From a virus, in the IMG/VR virus record IMGVR_UViG_3300045988_163435, positions 30,425 to 94,424 of that record: a stretch of DNA of 64,000 bases; one strand, 5' to 3'. Position numbers and translations under genes: made by a program. Under the pieces are notes generated by a model. That model was not told the origin of the DNA. It ran no database searches and saw nothing but the letters and a program-made list of their open reading frames with translations. The first letter of the stretch is position 1; the number at the start of each line of letters is the position of its first letter. Below are positions 12,217 to 23,367 of the stretch, in pieces.

Positions 12217-12258
12217 CAAAAAAAAGAGGCACTCGTTTTTCGGGTGTCTCTTTTTTTA
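12217..12258. terminator. bidirectional intrinsic terminator between convergent gene blocks
   Basis: AAAAAAAA-AGAGGCACTCG-TTTTT-CGGGTGTCTCT-TTTTTTT: an 11-bp stem (2 G.U) flanked by an A-run and a T-run, so it reads as hairpin + U-tract on both strands. Confidence 0.8.
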
Positions 12259-12264
12259 TATATA

Positions 12265-15200
12265 CTAACCGCAGTTAATCTTTTCATCAAGCAATGCCTC
12301 TATTCTTTCAATTGCTGATTTCAGGTCTGGCTGTTGACCAGCAATTTTATTTATAGCTTCATTAATGGCGGTTGGATTTCCTACGTCAACATCTTCGTCA
12401 AGAAGCATCTTAAATATTTCCTGAGTGACATCCATAGGTATCATTCCATAGAATTTGTTACGCCATGACGGTTCCATATTGTGACCTTTTACCATCTCGC
12501 TAATCTGAGCAATCAAAGTGGCTGGCTGCTCAGCAAGAACCGCTCCTTGGTTTGTTGGGAACAATGGTTTCACTTCACCGGATGATACTGCCCTCTTTCC
12601 GCGTTTGCCAGATTTCGGCCCAGGTTTAGGCTTTGCTTCCTGAGGTCTTTCAATAACCGGATGAGCAATTTGCGCCTGCGATGTTTCAGCTGGCTTTATT
12701 ACAGGAGATATTCCAGGTCCGTTGATAATTGCATTTGATGATTTGAACGCATTGATTGCAGCCTTGGCCTTATCAATTATATTCTTGTCTTTTGGATCAG
12801 ATTCGTCAAGCAACGTCTCTTTTGTATTATCGAACTTAATTGCATACATCGTATCGGTGCCAATCTTTGTTGAGAATAACTTGAATTTCTGAGGTACACC
12901 ACTTTCGGTTATGGACATTGTACCATCCTCTCCAGCAATGATACCGCTTTTGATATTACTTATGAATCCAAGTTTTGCTAGTAAAACACCATCTGTAATA
13001 ACTTCACCATCACGAGAAAATGCCTCTCCTGTTGTAGTATTATAATGATACAGAGTATTGTTATATTGTATCTTCTCAAGTTCATTATTCCTTGAAGAAG
13101 CCCTTAGATCTCCTCGTATAGCCATTCCCTGACTGGTTGGCTGTCCGTCTAATCCAACAAACGATATGCTGAACGATGAGTTAAATGGCATCAGGCTTGC
13201 ATAGTCCGTCTCAAGAATATCTGCGTCAATCAGTGCTTTCTGTTTTGCCGGGGTTGATATTGTATTCTCACTTACTTGGAAGCGCAGCGAGTCATCTGAT
13301 TTCATTACGTTAATAAAATCCTCGACAGTTGTTATAACATCACCGGTTCCCTTTCCAAATCTCAATGATACACTACCGTTTTTATCATTAAATGAAAACA
13401 CATATCCCTTAGGAATATATATCATTTGCGACAATTTCACCTTTGCCCTTAGTTTATTTACAAAAGGCGCATTTGTATCAACAAGTATTTTCATTTGATT
13501 CTTAATGTCATTTGCGAATTCAGTACCATTTTCAAAATCATATTCAGATACTCGCTTGACTCTCAAATAAACCTGTTTTATACCACCGCTTGGGTCGATA
13601 ACATTTAACCACACAGAACCTTGATTTGCACCGTTTATCGGCCCCATGATTTTATCACCGTTGCGCTGCATATACTTATTGGTAAAGAATGACACCATTC
13701 CGCCACTTACACCTGGAAAATATATTGAGAATCCATAAGGTAATCCATAGTCTGCAAGTCTTTCCTTGAGCGATCTGAATCCAGCAGGTTTACCGTTTGT
13801 CGCCACCTCCATTCTTCCATTCCAGAATGTTGATATACTTGACTGTACGTTATCGGCTACATAAAGGCGCTCTATTGGCCCGTTATTAGCTTGCCTAGCG
13901 ACATCCTGTATGACCATGCCATATAGTAGATTATAAGCATTCTTTGCTTCAATATAAGCAGCGTCTCCCTTATTTCCACCAACCTTTAATGCTCCTACAA
14001 TCTGGTATTCTTTGCCGTCAATTGTTTGCGTGTTCATAAATTTGGCATATGGCCCAAGTGTTGATCTGTCTTCTGGAGAGATTTCCACGGCAAGCATTAC
14101 CGTATAGAAATCCTTGTCATCAACCTTTTTACTTTGAAGTGGATCAATCACGAATCTTATTGGAACACCATTGTCATTACCACGCTGTTTATATATGTGA
14201 TTGAGAACGCCAAGAGCACCGCTGTCAACAAACTTATACGCATTGTATTTCTTCAACGCAGATTGTAACGCAAGCAGTTCAGGCACTCTTTCGCCATCTG
14301 GAGTATATGCGACCTTGTTGCCGCCTACTGACTCACGAATATCATTTTCCGTGACAACCCATCCACGAAGAGAACCACTATCAATCTTGACAAAATCTTT
14401 GTTTGACGACTGACCGTTACCGTCCTTTGAGTCAATGCCGCTCGACAACGCAGCTGGATCAGTATCGTTCTTGGTTGCTTCCTTTACAATAACAGCCTTT
14501 GATTGCTCAGCCGATCCATCCTCCTGTCCCGTGTCAACCTGCGATATCAGTTCAAGAATCTTATGTTCAGCCATTTCGCGAAGGATATCAGCCTGCTCAT
14601 TAGAGACAACGTCACCAACGGATAATTGTGAAATCAGTGATTTCAACGAATCAACATCTTTCTTTGACGCCTTTGTTATTATATCACTGAATTTTATGGC
14701 GTTGGCCCCCTGCGTCTCCTCTTTTGCCTTTGCAGCTTGTTCACGCTCCTCTGGCTTCGGTTTATTGCCACTTTCCTTGCCCTCTGACGGCGTTTCTGGT
14801 GTTGTATCAATAGTTACACCGTCGTCATCAGAATCTTGCGTCTCAGAGCGTTTTTTGAACGTTGGCGTAAATCCTCCAGCGTCATCAGGAACCTCAGACT
14901 TAACTGCCTCATCAAGCTGGTCTTCACGCTTACTCTTAGTGGTCGGTTTTTTGCCACCTACCGTTTTATCAGCCCTCTTTGATCTGGTCTTTCTCGTGGA
15001 ATATTCATTAAGTAAATGATTAATATAATCGGCAGTTACTGTGTCTCCTTTATCGATAGCTTCATCCGCAATGTTTTTCATCGAAGCCAAAAAGTCGTCA
15101 GAGTCACTATTCTCATTGACAAGCTCACGTATGCGCCCAACAAGAGATTTTGCAACTACGCTTGAATTCTCGTCTTCTCCGAACATGTCGTCCTTAATGA

Positions 15201-18200
15201 CATTGAATATACGCTTAACAACGTCATCGTATTTGCTAAGTGACTCCTTTTGCTGCTTAAGGATTTCATTGTCGCCATCGTCGATAAGCTTATCAAACTC
15301 TTTTACTGTCTCAGCCGACATATTGGCTATCGCATCCCTATATGATGGATCAGTATTGCTCAATTCACTATATATACGTTGCGCTTCTTCCTTACTGTGT
15401 TTGGCAATAGCTTCTTTATTGGCGGCAACAGCCTCTTTCGTAAACAATTCTGGATGACTCGACAATAATTTCAAGTTATTGAGAAAATCATTCCTATACG
15501 CAACAAGTCTTATCAGATCCTGTGTTTTTACAATAAGCTGCCCAAGATCCGCTGCATTTAAAACATCCAATTGAGCATCAGTTATACCACTGGTAATATT
15601 AGCGTTGGCAAGACCTTCGGACAGATTCTTATTGGCTTCCAACAACGCCCTGAACGCCGATGATTTCTTTGTTTCCTTCGATCCAAGACTAACCCAGCGA
15701 TTATATGCGTCATTAACTTCTGTGTTAAGCTTTGCAAGAGTGATTTCGTTTGTCCTGAAATCGCGTATAGAATGTAATAACTCATTAAGGATAGAATATT
15801 CCTTCGAGCCTTTCTTATACACAACAGCGTTAAGGTCGTTCAAATCATTAAGATAAAAATGCGTAGGGGTATCTACCATTGCTTCATTAGCGGTAGTAGC
15901 CAACTCGTTTAATCTTGGAAACACTTCATCAACCAATTGTTTGGTTCGTTTCTCGACATCGTTGATTACCATTGTCTGCCAAGTCATTGTACGCAGCACC
16001 TCATCGTCAACCTTTCCGCCATAGATAGTGTTTATGTCGTCACGAACCTTTGTATATTGGTCAACAAAATCCTTGAACTCAGCAGCGTTCGATTTGACTT
16101 TATCAACAACCTCCTGATCGGTCATTCCATCATAAAGACCCTTCTGAAGATCAACTACTGTTGTGTCTTTGCGGATTTGGTCTGCATCTTGTTCGGTTAT
16201 GTTGCTGACCTGTTCAATGATTGTCTTCAAATCATCAAGCATTCCAGCCTTGTCGAACAACTCAATATCACTTACGATCTGTCCTATCTCGGCATTATTG
16301 AATTCAAACTGGTCGAGTTCCTTAAGGAATTGCGCTTTGTCGTTGTCATATTTTTTATGACGAATGTATCCACGCCATAGGTCAACAAAACGTTCATCCT
16401 TTAGTGCCTTGTTAACCTCGTCAGCGGTATTCTGTGCCTGTTCGCGATACTCTCTTGCGTCTTTTATACTATCCCACAATTCGCCATTAAACGACACACT
16501 TGGACGTTTTTTTCCGGCTTCGTTGACACGCATGTGAAAACTTGGTATACCGGCCAGAGATGATATAGCGCCAACAAAACCTTGTTCCCATTGTTTTGGA
16601 TCAGTATATGTCTGCTCTATACCATCAAGAAGTGAGTTCATCCAATTAACAGCTTCTGACTCGGCTTCATCGTCGAACTGATATCCATAGTATGCATTTA
16701 GTCTCGATGATTCGCGTTTACCCATACCGGTAGCTATTGACTGCTGCATCATCTCTTCCCAAGGACCTTCGGTAATTGGTACAGAAGTCGCCTTGCCGAT
16801 ATTTTTCCAGAACCGCTTCATGTCTGCCTTAGCAATATCTTCAGATATTTTTCCCCCATTGCGTATAGCGTCAGACAGAATTTTTCTGGAATCTTCAGAT
16901 ATCATCTTGGTATATTTAGTACCGGTTTTAAATCCACCTGAAAGGAATCTTCCATAAATCCATAAATTAGATGCTGAGAGAAGACCAACATTCATAAGGA
17001 ATATCGAATTTGCCATGGTAGCCCTACTGCGATCTATCTGGTCAAGAGCTCCCTCATATTCCGCTTGAAGAATGCCAACCCTGCGCTGCACTTCATTGAA
17101 GCCCTCATCGGTAAGTTGTCTTTGAGCACTACCAGTTTCTGGATTATATACAAGTCTCGAATATTTGTATGAACCATCATCATTCTGCTCTGCCATAACA
17201 TCATTGGTAACGTTCTTCTCGGCTTGATTGGTGCGCTCCTCAATCATTCCTTTCTCGCGTGTATACCAATCTTCCGTATTCTGAATTGCTTCGATACGAC
17301 CTTCGCCCATTGCGGATGTTATGGCTCCAAACGTCTGTAATCCAAATTCAAGCCTCTTGGTCTTCTTCGCCATATTGGCTAAATGATCACCTATAAGAAC
17401 GCCATCTATATATGCATTGCCTTTCTTATATGCTTCATATATCTTTGATGCCTCAGAGAGTTTCTTGCCGTCCTTTGTGACAATATTTAACCCCCTATAA
17501 GCATCCCTTACCTTATTAAGACCAGCAGCCTTTGAAAGTATACCAGCATTGACGCGTCCGGAATAAGCGGCTCCAATCATGAAACCAAGATTCTTTATTA
17601 AGTGATCACCAAGGAAATTGGCTGAAAATACATTTGTACCCCAAGTCTTGCTACGTTCCTCATCGGTATAAAAGTTTGGAAACGCTTTTTCGGACCAGTC
17701 GTTTATCTTCTGCATGTAACGACTGAATGGATTGTCGATAAATGAATTCAACGCATCACCCGCACCGTTGATGCCATCGTTTGCGGCATCATTTGCGATG
17801 TTTAAAAGACCCACAATTGAACCAACGACACCATCTGCAAATGTTGTACCTGCAAGAACAGTTCCCTTAATGATACCGTTTGTAACCTGAGCAAAAGCAG
17901 ATTGCGCCTCACCACGTGCATTCTCAAGTCCAATGATATTACCAAAATCGGTAATCTTCTTATCTACGTTACGCTTTCCATAATCATTATCTGGAATATA
18001 TATATCGCCACGTGTATAATCCATGCTTCGCACCTGATCAGCATCTTGCATGGCGTTGATAACATTTGGCCTTGCCTTGCGATAGGCGTTTCTTACGGCA
18101 GCTAAATTTGCCAGCTCGTCTCGCCTGATTTGCTCCTCGCTCTGAACCAGAGAACCCAATCCCTCTGGATTCGTCAACGTAGGATCGTTATAATTAAACT

Positions 18201-18231
18201 GATTGTTTATATCTCCTGTATTCTGTGCCAT
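12265..18231 (-). CDS. giant internal/ejected virion protein (1988 aa), function unknown
   Basis: Uninterrupted ORF. It has N-terminal Gly/Ala-rich hydrophobic stretches, a long coiled-coil-like middle and an acidic/Lys-rich low-complexity linker. It is the last gene of the minus-strand virion block. Confidence 0.5.
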   Translation of the reverse strand: MAQNTGDINNQFNYNDPTLTNPEGLGSLVQSEEQIRRDELANLAAVRNAYRKARPNVINAMQDADQVRSMDYTRGDIYIPDNDYGKRNVDKKITDFGNIIGLENARGEAQSAFAQVTNGIIKGTVLAGTTFADGVVGSIVGLLNIANDAANDGINGAGDALNSFIDNPFSRYMQKINDWSEKAFPNFYTDEERSKTWGTNVFSANFLGDHLIKNLGFMIGAAYSGRVNAGILSKAAGLNKVRDAYRGLNIVTKDGKKLSEASKIYEAYKKGNAYIDGVLIGDHLANMAKKTKRLEFGLQTFGAITSAMGEGRIEAIQNTEDWYTREKGMIEERTNQAEKNVTNDVMAEQNDDGSYKYSRLVYNPETGSAQRQLTDEGFNEVQRRVGILQAEYEGALDQIDRSRATMANSIFLMNVGLLSASNLWIYGRFLSGGFKTGTKYTKMISEDSRKILSDAIRNGGKISEDIAKADMKRFWKNIGKATSVPITEGPWEEMMQQSIATGMGKRESSRLNAYYGYQFDDEAESEAVNWMNSLLDGIEQTYTDPKQWEQGFVGAISSLAGIPSFHMRVNEAGKKRPSVSFNGELWDSIKDAREYREQAQNTADEVNKALKDERFVDLWRGYIRHKKYDNDKAQFLKELDQFEFNNAEIGQIVSDIELFDKAGMLDDLKTIIEQVSNITEQDADQIRKDTTVVDLQKGLYDGMTDQEVVDKVKSNAAEFKDFVDQYTKVRDDINTIYGGKVDDEVLRTMTWQTMVINDVEKRTKQLVDEVFPRLNELATTANEAMVDTPTHFYLNDLNDLNAVVYKKGSKEYSILNELLHSIRDFRTNEITLAKLNTEVNDAYNRWVSLGSKETKKSSAFRALLEANKNLSEGLANANITSGITDAQLDVLNAADLGQLIVKTQDLIRLVAYRNDFLNNLKLLSSHPELFTKEAVAANKEAIAKHSKEEAQRIYSELSNTDPSYRDAIANMSAETVKEFDKLIDDGDNEILKQQKESLSKYDDVVKRIFNVIKDDMFGEDENSSVVAKSLVGRIRELVNENSDSDDFLASMKNIADEAIDKGDTVTADYINHLLNEYSTRKTRSKRADKTVGGKKPTTKSKREDQLDEAVKSEVPDDAGGFTPTFKKRSETQDSDDDGVTIDTTPETPSEGKESGNKPKPEEREQAAKAKEETQGANAIKFSDIITKASKKDVDSLKSLISQLSVGDVVSNEQADILREMAEHKILELISQVDTGQEDGSAEQSKAVIVKEATKNDTDPAALSSGIDSKDGNGQSSNKDFVKIDSGSLRGWVVTENDIRESVGGNKVAYTPDGERVPELLALQSALKKYNAYKFVDSGALGVLNHIYKQRGNDNGVPIRFVIDPLQSKKVDDKDFYTVMLAVEISPEDRSTLGPYAKFMNTQTIDGKEYQIVGALKVGGNKGDAAYIEAKNAYNLLYGMVIQDVARQANNGPIERLYVADNVQSSISTFWNGRMEVATNGKPAGFRSLKERLADYGLPYGFSIYFPGVSGGMVSFFTNKYMQRNGDKIMGPINGANQGSVWLNVIDPSGGIKQVYLRVKRVSEYDFENGTEFANDIKNQMKILVDTNAPFVNKLRAKVKLSQMIYIPKGYVFSFNDKNGSVSLRFGKGTGDVITTVEDFINVMKSDDSLRFQVSENTISTPAKQKALIDADILETDYASLMPFNSSFSISFVGLDGQPTSQGMAIRGDLRASSRNNELEKIQYNNTLYHYNTTTGEAFSRDGEVITDGVLLAKLGFISNIKSGIIAGEDGTMSITESGVPQKFKLFSTKIGTDTMYAIKFDNTKETLLDESDPKDKNIIDKAKAAINAFKSSNAIINGPGISPVIKPAETSQAQIAHPVIERPQEAKPKPGPKSGKRGKRAVSSGEVKPLFPTNQGAVLAEQPATLIAQISEMVKGHNMEPSWRNKFYGMIPMDVTQEIFKMLLDEDVDVGNPTAINEAINKIAGQQPDLKSAIERIEALLDEKINCG

Positions 18232-18236
18232 AACTT

Positions 18237-20039
18237 CTACTCCATATATTCGCCGTTAGAGTCATACATATCATATGAACCGTCTGGCCCAGGATATGAC
18301 GCCTGTACCGGCACACCTTCCAAATCAAATTCAGTGTTTCTCGTTCGACTCTTTGATGATGTGCCAGGAACTCCAGGAATACCACCATTATTGATATTTA
18401 AGAGCGCCGAGAATATTGTTGCGACATTGTCTTGAATAGCCTGGAATTGGGCCATTTTATCCTGTGGATTCTTTGACACATCCTTTGCCGCCACGCGTTC
18501 GGCTATTTCCTGAAGAATATCATACAAGGACATTCCAGTTGCTGGATCGATCTCGCCATAAAGAGCGTTTTGAGCTGCCGCGTCAGAGAAATAATATGTC
18601 CCGTAATCGTTACTCTTGATTCCAAGGCGACCGGTTCTGCTGTCTATAAATATTACTCCATCACTAAACGCGTTGAGAGCATTTTCAGCCTCGTTCTTGT
18701 CAAGAGATTTACCATTTGACTTTATAAACATTCCTTCAAGAGCTCGTTTTGCGGATTTTTTATCTCCCGATTTAACACCGGCTGGAGATGTTCCAAGAAC
18801 CCTTCCGAGAATGACATCATTGACATACTGGCTATTCTGGAAATTAGCCTGATACATTTCTGACGTATGAACTGTATTATATTCTTTGGTAATGAAATCA
18901 GACAACTCATTAAGATTTGAGATGTTATATTTATTCATAAGATTCTCAACGTCCGCAACATCGTCATCTGAAGCAGTATTATTCATGACTTTTTGTATTT
19001 TGTCAAGGTCACTATTAAGCTGCTTTCTACGAGCTTTCTCGGCTTTCGGATCAGCATTACCTGGAACCGGCAGATACAAACCGTTGCGTATGTCATCTTC
19101 GTCTTTAGGAGTTCCATCTGCGTTAACGAGACCAGCCTTTTTAAGCTTAAGAAGATTATTGAATTTATCATTCTCCGCCTGTCTTGCCATTTGCCATCGC
19201 TGATATGGAGTGATGTAACCAGCATCTCTCTGAGCTACCTGCTTTGATTGACCAATGCCTTGCCATAATCCTTCATAAGCATAATTTAACGCTTGATTTA
19301 TGCTGTCTTCGCGAATATTACCGTCCCTATCGGTCCATTGTCCAACTCCTGAAGACGACACGACATCACTGATAAGCTTTGTTATCGCAGGATATGCCGA
19401 TGGATTGCTTCTTATGAGATTCATATCCTCCTGCGTTAGGCCGTATTGCTCAATACGCTCAAGCATTTGTCCCTCAGCAGTATGGGCCCAACCTGTTACG
19501 TTACGCAATTGGTTTTTGAGATTAGCTACTGCATTTCCTACACGCTGTGTCAATGCTTGACCAGATATCGCCTGATATTGCATTGATGGATTTGAGAGAT
19601 AATCATCGAGTGACATTGACGCCGCATCGAAATTAAACATTACAGTCGGATCTTTCGCATGCCAATCCATCTGTTGCTTGGCTTGTTCGGCTCGTGTCTT
19701 GTATGCGTTTTCTATAGGTGTTATTTCCTGTTGATAACGTCTGAACATCTGCCTGAAAGCATTGCGTGAATTTGTGGTCAGACCTCTTGCCGCCAATTCG
19801 TTTACATTCTTGCGAAGGTCATTGGCGTACTTCATATACTGTTCGTAAGTCTTCCTGTCTGTGGCCTTGTTAGCCATATTCTCCCATACACTTGCTTTTG
19901 CATCAAGTTCTGCATAAGCGTCCGCAATTTGATTATGAACCGCCGTGGACTCTTGCAAAGGCTTATATATCTCATCATATGAGAACGGCTCGAACACCGT
20001 CTGGTTTGTTATAAAATTACTATTCGCCATAATTAACAA
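18237..20039 (-). CDS. hypothetical virion protein (600 aa)
   Basis: Long ORF, tightly packed (7-nt overlap with the upstream gene, 5-nt gap to the downstream gene). Confidence 0.5.
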   Translation of the reverse strand: MLIMANSNFITNQTVFEPFSYDEIYKPLQESTAVHNQIADAYAELDAKASVWENMANKATDRKTYEQYMKYANDLRKNVNELAARGLTTNSRNAFRQMFRRYQQEITPIENAYKTRAEQAKQQMDWHAKDPTVMFNFDAASMSLDDYLSNPSMQYQAISGQALTQRVGNAVANLKNQLRNVTGWAHTAEGQMLERIEQYGLTQEDMNLIRSNPSAYPAITKLISDVVSSSGVGQWTDRDGNIREDSINQALNYAYEGLWQGIGQSKQVAQRDAGYITPYQRWQMARQAENDKFNNLLKLKKAGLVNADGTPKDEDDIRNGLYLPVPGNADPKAEKARRKQLNSDLDKIQKVMNNTASDDDVADVENLMNKYNISNLNELSDFITKEYNTVHTSEMYQANFQNSQYVNDVILGRVLGTSPAGVKSGDKKSAKRALEGMFIKSNGKSLDKNEAENALNAFSDGVIFIDSRTGRLGIKSNDYGTYYFSDAAAQNALYGEIDPATGMSLYDILQEIAERVAAKDVSKNPQDKMAQFQAIQDNVATIFSALLNINNGGIPGVPGTSSKSRTRNTEFDLEGVPVQASYPGPDGSYDMYDSNGEYME

Positions 20040-23000
20040 TGTCTTCTACGACGGTTTGTACATCCGCCAAATTTATTTACAATAGGTGATTTCTCAATAG
20101 GAACAACGCCAATAATTTCACCGCTATCGTCATATACTGGCTCGATATTGTGACCAGCCATTGCATCAAGCATTGGACCGCTATTTATTGTTGGCTGATT
20201 ATTCTGCTGTCCCATTGCTGTAGGGTCAACATATATGCCGTCATCAAACTGATTTTGTCTAGCATTTACTGATGTCGGAGCGGACTGTATTGACTGAGCC
20301 GCAGGATTATTTACTGTAACATTAACACTCGGGGTTCTGTTTCTCTGTGTGTCAATAATTGCGTCAGGTACTGACTTGTATTCAATAGAGCCATCAGGAA
20401 GCATTCTATACCCAAGTGCTTTATTACTTGCCATCATATTTAGATAGGCGTTCTGTTTTCCTATGTTAGCAAGGCTTTGTGTCAACGAATTAAGATTAGC
20501 GCTTCTTGCTGCGTTATATGCTGCATCTATTGCCTGTCTTGCGCCAAGCATCTGCTGTGCTCTATTAAGATAATAATTATTGAGATACATGTTCATACTT
20601 TGCGCCTGCATATCATTCTGCGCGTTGAACATATCTGTGGCCCTGTTAAACTCAGCTGCCTGTTTCTTCTGTGCAGAGTTATAAGCCTTCCCCTGAATGT
20701 AGGCCCTTCCGAGCTGTTCAATACCGAGTTTGTCAGCATTGGCTAACGCTGCCAAAGCTTGTGCCCTGTTACCAGCGGAAGCATTTGAAATAGCCCTTCT
20801 TGTGGCACCCATCTGCTCTACAATAGGAGCGCTCATCTCAAATGGAGAAACATAATCTGGCGAGATATAACCGGCAATTGGAAAATATCTTACGCTGTTA
20901 GGTCTTGCGGTTTGAGCAGCAAATTGATCAACGTCGGAATAATCCTTTGAGTTCATTGCCAAACCTGCAAGAGCAGAGCCAATTGGAGCATACCTTAAGC
21001 CAGTTGGCAAGCTCTTCCACGGAGCATCGGATACCTGAACATCTGGATTTGCCTTAATATAGTCATCAACTTGTTTTTGAGCGTCAGGTCTTGATGTTCC
21101 GGTTTTATCAGCGACCTCATCAATAACCTGTTCTTTTGATTCTTGAGGGGTCTGATCCTCGGCTGCTTTTGTCCTTGACGCATTATATGCGAAATGATGT
21201 ATTGGACCAAATTTACCATCGGTCATTAGACGAATCAGGTCATCCTTACCTTTGATTTTATAAGTCTTACCATTGCTGTCTTTCAGATCACCGTATTTGC
21301 CGCTCTCAAGCGTCTTGATCCATTCGTTGATCTCCTTATCGGTGGCGGTGTTTTTTACATAATCAATAAAGTCGGCGTAATCTCCAGTCTTCTCATACTC
21401 ACGAACGGTAGCCTCGTCAACATTCCTATTATACTGAATAGTGTCTGGACTCAGTGCCCTGTGATAATTATCTCCACGACCTTCTGCAAGGTCTTTTGTT
21501 GTTATCTTTTTCGTTGGTTTAACATCGCCAACTTTTGACTTCTCTTGTTTAACGCCGATATTACCATCTGAGCTATTGCTGTATTGATTAGATTGTGTTT
21601 GATGTTCACTCGGCTTGAATGACTTCATCGCTTGAGAATACGAAGTCTTTCCTGAAGCAATGTCGTTATATGTGTCATAAATATCTCTTGGAACGTCGCC
21701 AAAAGGCTTGCCCGACGGCATGAGTCTAATGCCTCTCTGGGAAAGATACATTGCCGCACTGATGCGATTTTTAAGTGGTTGCAAGTGTTTCTCGATCTCA
21801 CTTTTTATTTGACTGTACCTCTCTTCGTATGCTTGTTGATAATCCTTTCCCCTGTGTGTTGATTGATATGAGGCATATGTCTTTGCGGCAAGATCGACCT
21901 TAGATTCATCATAATACCCGCTATAATCACCATTCATAAACAACGTCATGGCCTCGTTTGTGAGATTGCCATCGCTGTTGATAATTGTATTAATGTTTTT
22001 CAGGTATGAATCGAATGCGAATTGTCCTCCGCTTGCATATATGTTGCCACCAAACGCAAACTGATTGGCTATATCACTTGTGCCATATATCTGCTTGAAT
22101 ACTTCCTGTGCGTTTCTAAGCTTATTCATATTAGCTTTTAATGTTCTTGTTGTAATAGGGTCATTCAATTGGGCTTCTGATGGTTTAAGCAATTTCTTCG
22201 CTATATCAGAGAAAGGCGTATCTCTATATTTTAAAGGGAGATTGGCATATCCCAAAACCTCGTCATTTGCCTTAAGACGGTTGCTGAAAACGTAATCATC
22301 ATATACAACCTCGCCTTCCTCAACGAGATTCGGTGTTCCTTGTTTATCAACACCTATTTGTACGCCACTGTTAGGATTCTCTTCGTGAGAACCACCTGCC
22401 TCTATGATAGACGCGCCATTTGAGAAATCAGCGCCATTTGTGTGCAATTGCCCACCGAACGCCGCGAAAACGGAGTCTTTGCCACCGCTAAAATTAATCA
22501 TATAATTAGCGAAATCATTATCATCTTGAGCATCCAGGGATCTCTGCTGAAAATCAGATAGAGCCTCGTTCGTTCTACGATTCTCCTCATTCTGTTTTGC
22601 CGCCATACTCTTGGCTTTCTTGCGTTTGAACAATAGTGACACACCTTTAGTGAGACCAGCGGCTGCAGCGCCAATAGCAGCGCCCCAAGGGCCAAATACC
22701 CTCCCTGCCGCGGCACCACTGGCCATAGCTGAGCCGATTCCGAGAGCGGCCTGCCCACCGGTTGTCTTGTCAATATCACCACCTTTTATACCGGAATTCA
22801 ATTGTGCGGTATTTACGATATTGTTTATAAGAGCCTCGCGACTACCGGTATTAATCGGCATACTTTCATACTGTTGCCTGGTATTAATAAAGCCAGAATC
22901 ATCTAGAGAGTTCTGGTCGTTCAGGACATCGAGGCCAAGGTTCATAATGCCCTGCGCAACACCAACGCCTTTCTGAATACCAGATGCCAATTTCTGTTTG

Positions 23001-23245
23001 TCAATCTGGTTTCGTGGACTACCAGTTCCCTGCACGCCAGTATTATCACCGGCCAGTCCACCACCAATATTATTAATTTGATCGGAAAAAGATTTCTGAA
23101 AAGCATCGTCAATAATCGACGAATCGATTTGTGGGAGCAAACCTCCGCCGTCTTTGAAATAATTTTTCCTACGCTTCGTCGGTAAGACTCTGCGTGTCGA
23201 AATGAACCCATCCATAGGGTCCAAAACTAAAACTGTATCTTTCAT
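20033..23245 (-). CDS. large internal virion protein with glycine-zipper membrane-like segment (1070 aa)
   Basis: ORF with the segment GGQAALGIGSAMASGAAAGRVFGPWGAAIGAAAAGLTKGV followed by KRKKAK. A TAnnTTTG box lies 31 nt upstream of the ATG. Confidence 0.45.
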   Translation of the reverse strand: MKDTVLVLDPMDGFISTRRVLPTKRRKNYFKDGGGLLPQIDSSIIDDAFQKSFSDQINNIGGGLAGDNTGVQGTGSPRNQIDKQKLASGIQKGVGVAQGIMNLGLDVLNDQNSLDDSGFINTRQQYESMPINTGSREALINNIVNTAQLNSGIKGGDIDKTTGGQAALGIGSAMASGAAAGRVFGPWGAAIGAAAAGLTKGVSLLFKRKKAKSMAAKQNEENRRTNEALSDFQQRSLDAQDDNDFANYMINFSGGKDSVFAAFGGQLHTNGADFSNGASIIEAGGSHEENPNSGVQIGVDKQGTPNLVEEGEVVYDDYVFSNRLKANDEVLGYANLPLKYRDTPFSDIAKKLLKPSEAQLNDPITTRTLKANMNKLRNAQEVFKQIYGTSDIANQFAFGGNIYASGGQFAFDSYLKNINTIINSDGNLTNEAMTLFMNGDYSGYYDESKVDLAAKTYASYQSTHRGKDYQQAYEERYSQIKSEIEKHLQPLKNRISAAMYLSQRGIRLMPSGKPFGDVPRDIYDTYNDIASGKTSYSQAMKSFKPSEHQTQSNQYSNSSDGNIGVKQEKSKVGDVKPTKKITTKDLAEGRGDNYHRALSPDTIQYNRNVDEATVREYEKTGDYADFIDYVKNTATDKEINEWIKTLESGKYGDLKDSNGKTYKIKGKDDLIRLMTDGKFGPIHHFAYNASRTKAAEDQTPQESKEQVIDEVADKTGTSRPDAQKQVDDYIKANPDVQVSDAPWKSLPTGLRYAPIGSALAGLAMNSKDYSDVDQFAAQTARPNSVRYFPIAGYISPDYVSPFEMSAPIVEQMGATRRAISNASAGNRAQALAALANADKLGIEQLGRAYIQGKAYNSAQKKQAAEFNRATDMFNAQNDMQAQSMNMYLNNYYLNRAQQMLGARQAIDAAYNAARSANLNSLTQSLANIGKQNAYLNMMASNKALGYRMLPDGSIEYKSVPDAIIDTQRNRTPSVNVTVNNPAAQSIQSAPTSVNARQNQFDDGIYVDPTAMGQQNNQPTINSGPMLDAMAGHNIEPVYDDSGEIIGVVPIEKSPIVNKFGGCTNRRRRHC

Positions 23246-23276
23246 AATTCATGCATGATTTATGTTAACATAGCCG

Positions 23277-23284
23277 CAAAGATA
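23277..23284 (-). promoter_or_regulatory. Bacteroides-type -7 promoter box (TATCTTTG)
   Basis: The minus strand reads TATCTTTG, which matches TAnnTTTG, 31 nt upstream of the ATG at 23245. No clear -33 TTTG. Confidence 0.45.
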
Positions 23285-23315
23285 ATAAAAATTATTGTTT
23301 TAATACAGTGTTTCA

Positions 23316-23356
23316 CGAAAATAATAATAGCCCACAACCACTATGGTTGCAGGCTA
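23316..23356 (-). terminator. intrinsic terminator after the 1579-aa gene
   Basis: Minus strand: TAGCCTGCAACCA-TAG-TGGTTGTGGGCTA (13-position stem with a 2-nt internal mismatch) followed by TTATTATTTT. Confidence 0.6.
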
Positions 23357-23367
23357 CTAAAATATAA

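Noticed and set aside
14435-15457. Plus-strand ORFs of 194 and 138 aa antisense to the 1988-aa gene; likewise 57435..58019, 31265..31654, 31437..31841, 22611..22976 and 33234..33707
   Set aside because: These are Ser/Leu/Cys-rich shadow ORFs lying entirely within long, well-supported genes on the opposite strand.
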